49,180 bases of DNA from Thermodesulfobacteriota bacterium (lineage in GTDB: Bacteria > Desulfobacterota > Desulfobulbia > Desulfobulbales > SURF-16). The translations under genes and the position numbers were made by a program. Positions 47,850-49,180 of this stretch are shown here, piece by piece (position 1 is the first letter of the stretch; each line of letters starts with the position of its first letter). Under the pieces are notes generated by a model, which was given only the letters and a program-made list of their open reading frames with translations, was not told the origin of the DNA and did not search any database. The DNA lies in contig JBFMAY010000029.1 in the NCBI GenBank assembly GCA_040755455.1, positions 1 to 49,180 on the forward strand, in the 5' to 3' direction.

Positions 47850-49070
47850 TTACCGGGCGCGTTGCATAAGATTTCTTAAGCCCTTATCATAATCGAGAAA
47901 GGTGTTCAGGGGAAAGCGAAAATTGACATCCAGCAGAATCGGCTGGGAAATCCCCTGGCCGTTTGCTATCTGGATGCGTCGCAGACCCCCTGTTGCCGAG
48001 TCATAGGTGAAAGGCAGGGGCGAGGCCGGCTTGCCGTCAAGATTGAGTTGCATGACCAGGGTGTCATGGTCACTGAAGAGATGAATTTTTGCCCAGTTGT
48101 AACTGAAATTGCGCAGGGCCTCCTGGGCAAAATCGAGCTGGCCGAACTGGGGCGAATCCAGGGGGATGGCCTGGGTCAGGAAGTCCCCGCCGGCAATGCG
48201 AATAACGCCGCCTTCTCCGGGAGTGGAGTAGAGAAAGCTCGGTTCAAAGGTGATTTTTCCGTTGCTGAAACTTACCGGAATGCGTCCGTTGACCGTACCG
48301 TCTCCTTCGACATTCTTGATGCCGACCTGTTCCAGGATGCCGGCAAGCTTCAGTTTGGTGCAGTAAAAAATCATCTCCGGCTGCAGACGGTTTTCGGCAA
48401 AGCGCAGGGCATAGGTGTTGACCGAGCCATCCGCCCAGTTGAAATGGCCTTTTTCAATAAAAAAAGAGTCGGGCGAATCGATCGTAAAGTGCAGGCTGCC
48501 GCCGTTTACCGTCAGCTCACCCATCCGCGCCGCGGCAAAGCTGAGTTTTTGGTTCGGGGCGCTGCGCAGCTGCGGCAGAGAGGGCAGGGTGAGGGTTGTG
48601 TCCACGCCGGAGACGGTGATTTTCTGCTTGGCCAGCTCAAGGCTGCCGTTTTGCAGGGACAGCCGGCCGCTGCCGGTCAATCCGCTGTCAGCCAGTGACA
48701 GATGGGCCTCACCGCCGATGAGGCCGGATAAGGTGATGTCTTTAGCCTGCGGGAAGATACGGGCCGGGGCGAAGTCCGTCAGTTTGGCCGGCGGTATGGT
48801 CAGCGCGAGCTCTCCTCTTACTGCTCCGCCGGAAAAATCAGCGGACAACGATAAGGACGCGGTAACCCCCGGCAGCAGCGGGGAGTGAAAATCAGCCGCC
48901 ATGTTCAGTTTTTTCTCCCGCAGCCCGACGGTGCCGGCAAGGGTGCCGATTTCTTTTTCCCGCCAGATGATTTTTGTCAGCGCGAGTGTGCCTTGTTCGT
49001 GCTTGTCGGAGGGAGGCCAGCCAAAGGGCAGGGTCAGCCTTCCGCCTTCCGCCCTAGCCTGGATTTCCAC
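47850..49070 (-). CDS. ydbH: YdbH-family AsmA-like lipid-transport protein, C-terminal part only
   Basis: Repeating beta-groove pattern; GDGTVNGRIP, STPGEGGVIR, ALRNFSYNW and LNLDGKP; synteny with ynbE-ydbL. The frame is closed upstream by a stop at 49149-49151. Confidence 0.75.
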   Translation of the reverse strand: MEIQARAEGGRLTLPFGWPPSDKHEQGTLALTKIIWREKEIGTLAGTVGLREKKLNMAADFHSPLLPGVTASLSLSADFSGGAVRGELALTIPPAKLTDFAPARIFPQAKDITLSGLIGGEAHLSLADSGLTGSGRLSLQNGSLELAKQKITVSGVDTTLTLPSLPQLRSAPNQKLSFAAARMGELTVNGGSLHFTIDSPDSFFIEKGHFNWADGSVNTYALRFAENRLQPEMIFYCTKLKLAGILEQVGIKNVEGDGTVNGRIPVSFSNGKITFEPSFLYSTPGEGGVIRIAGGDFLTQAIPLDSPQFGQLDFAQEALRNFSYNWAKIHLFSDHDTLVMQLNLDGKPASPLPFTYDSATGGLRRIQIANGQGISQPILLDVNFRFPLNTFLDYDKGLRNLMQRAR

Positions 49071-49180
49071 GGAACAAAAACGTGTAACGCGTAAAACTCC
49101 ACACAATAAGCCTGGAGGGCAAGTCGAGCGTTCTCTAGCGTCTTTATGTTAACTATTTCTGTCACCGATACACTCAGTTT

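Overview
Bacterial chromosomal window, mostly GC-rich with several visibly more AT-rich blocks. Gene content (multi-PAS/GAF hybrid kinases, CCG Fe-S protein, sigma54 promoter, GEMM riboswitch) suggests an anaerobic deltaproteobacterium/Desulfobacterota; this is inference. It holds about 35 CDSs. In order: B12-binding radical SAM enzyme, LTA-synthase-family sulfatase, D,D-carboxypeptidase, a riboswitch-controlled 14-blade beta-propeller/FN3 exported protein, EF-hand protein with a CpxAR-like two-component system, a Slam/DUF560-like barrel with a TbpB-barrel-like cargo (candidate type XI secretion pair), PaaK-like ligase, OCD/mu-crystallin protein, S8 protease, small ferritin-like protein, CCG Fe-S protein, a two-domain thioredoxin-fold protein split by an in-frame UGA, a hybrid kinase, back-to-back MacAB-OMF and AcrAB-OprM-type efflux systems with a TetR regulator, two more hybrid kinases, ftsB, DUF523 and ydbH-ynbE-ydbL. 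Strongest hidden signals: (1) an unannotated selenoprotein (UGA at 23154-23156 followed by a SECIS-like hairpin) that overlaps a Cys-PAS hybrid kinase; (2) the candidate T11SS pair; (3) a c-di-GMP-I ON-riboswitch; (4) GTAAA-N5-GTAAA boxes with identical promoter geometry at cpxR and the RND pump; (5) small mobile repeats, one of them in-frame inside a signal peptide. All family calls come from motif recognition by eye; no database searches were run.
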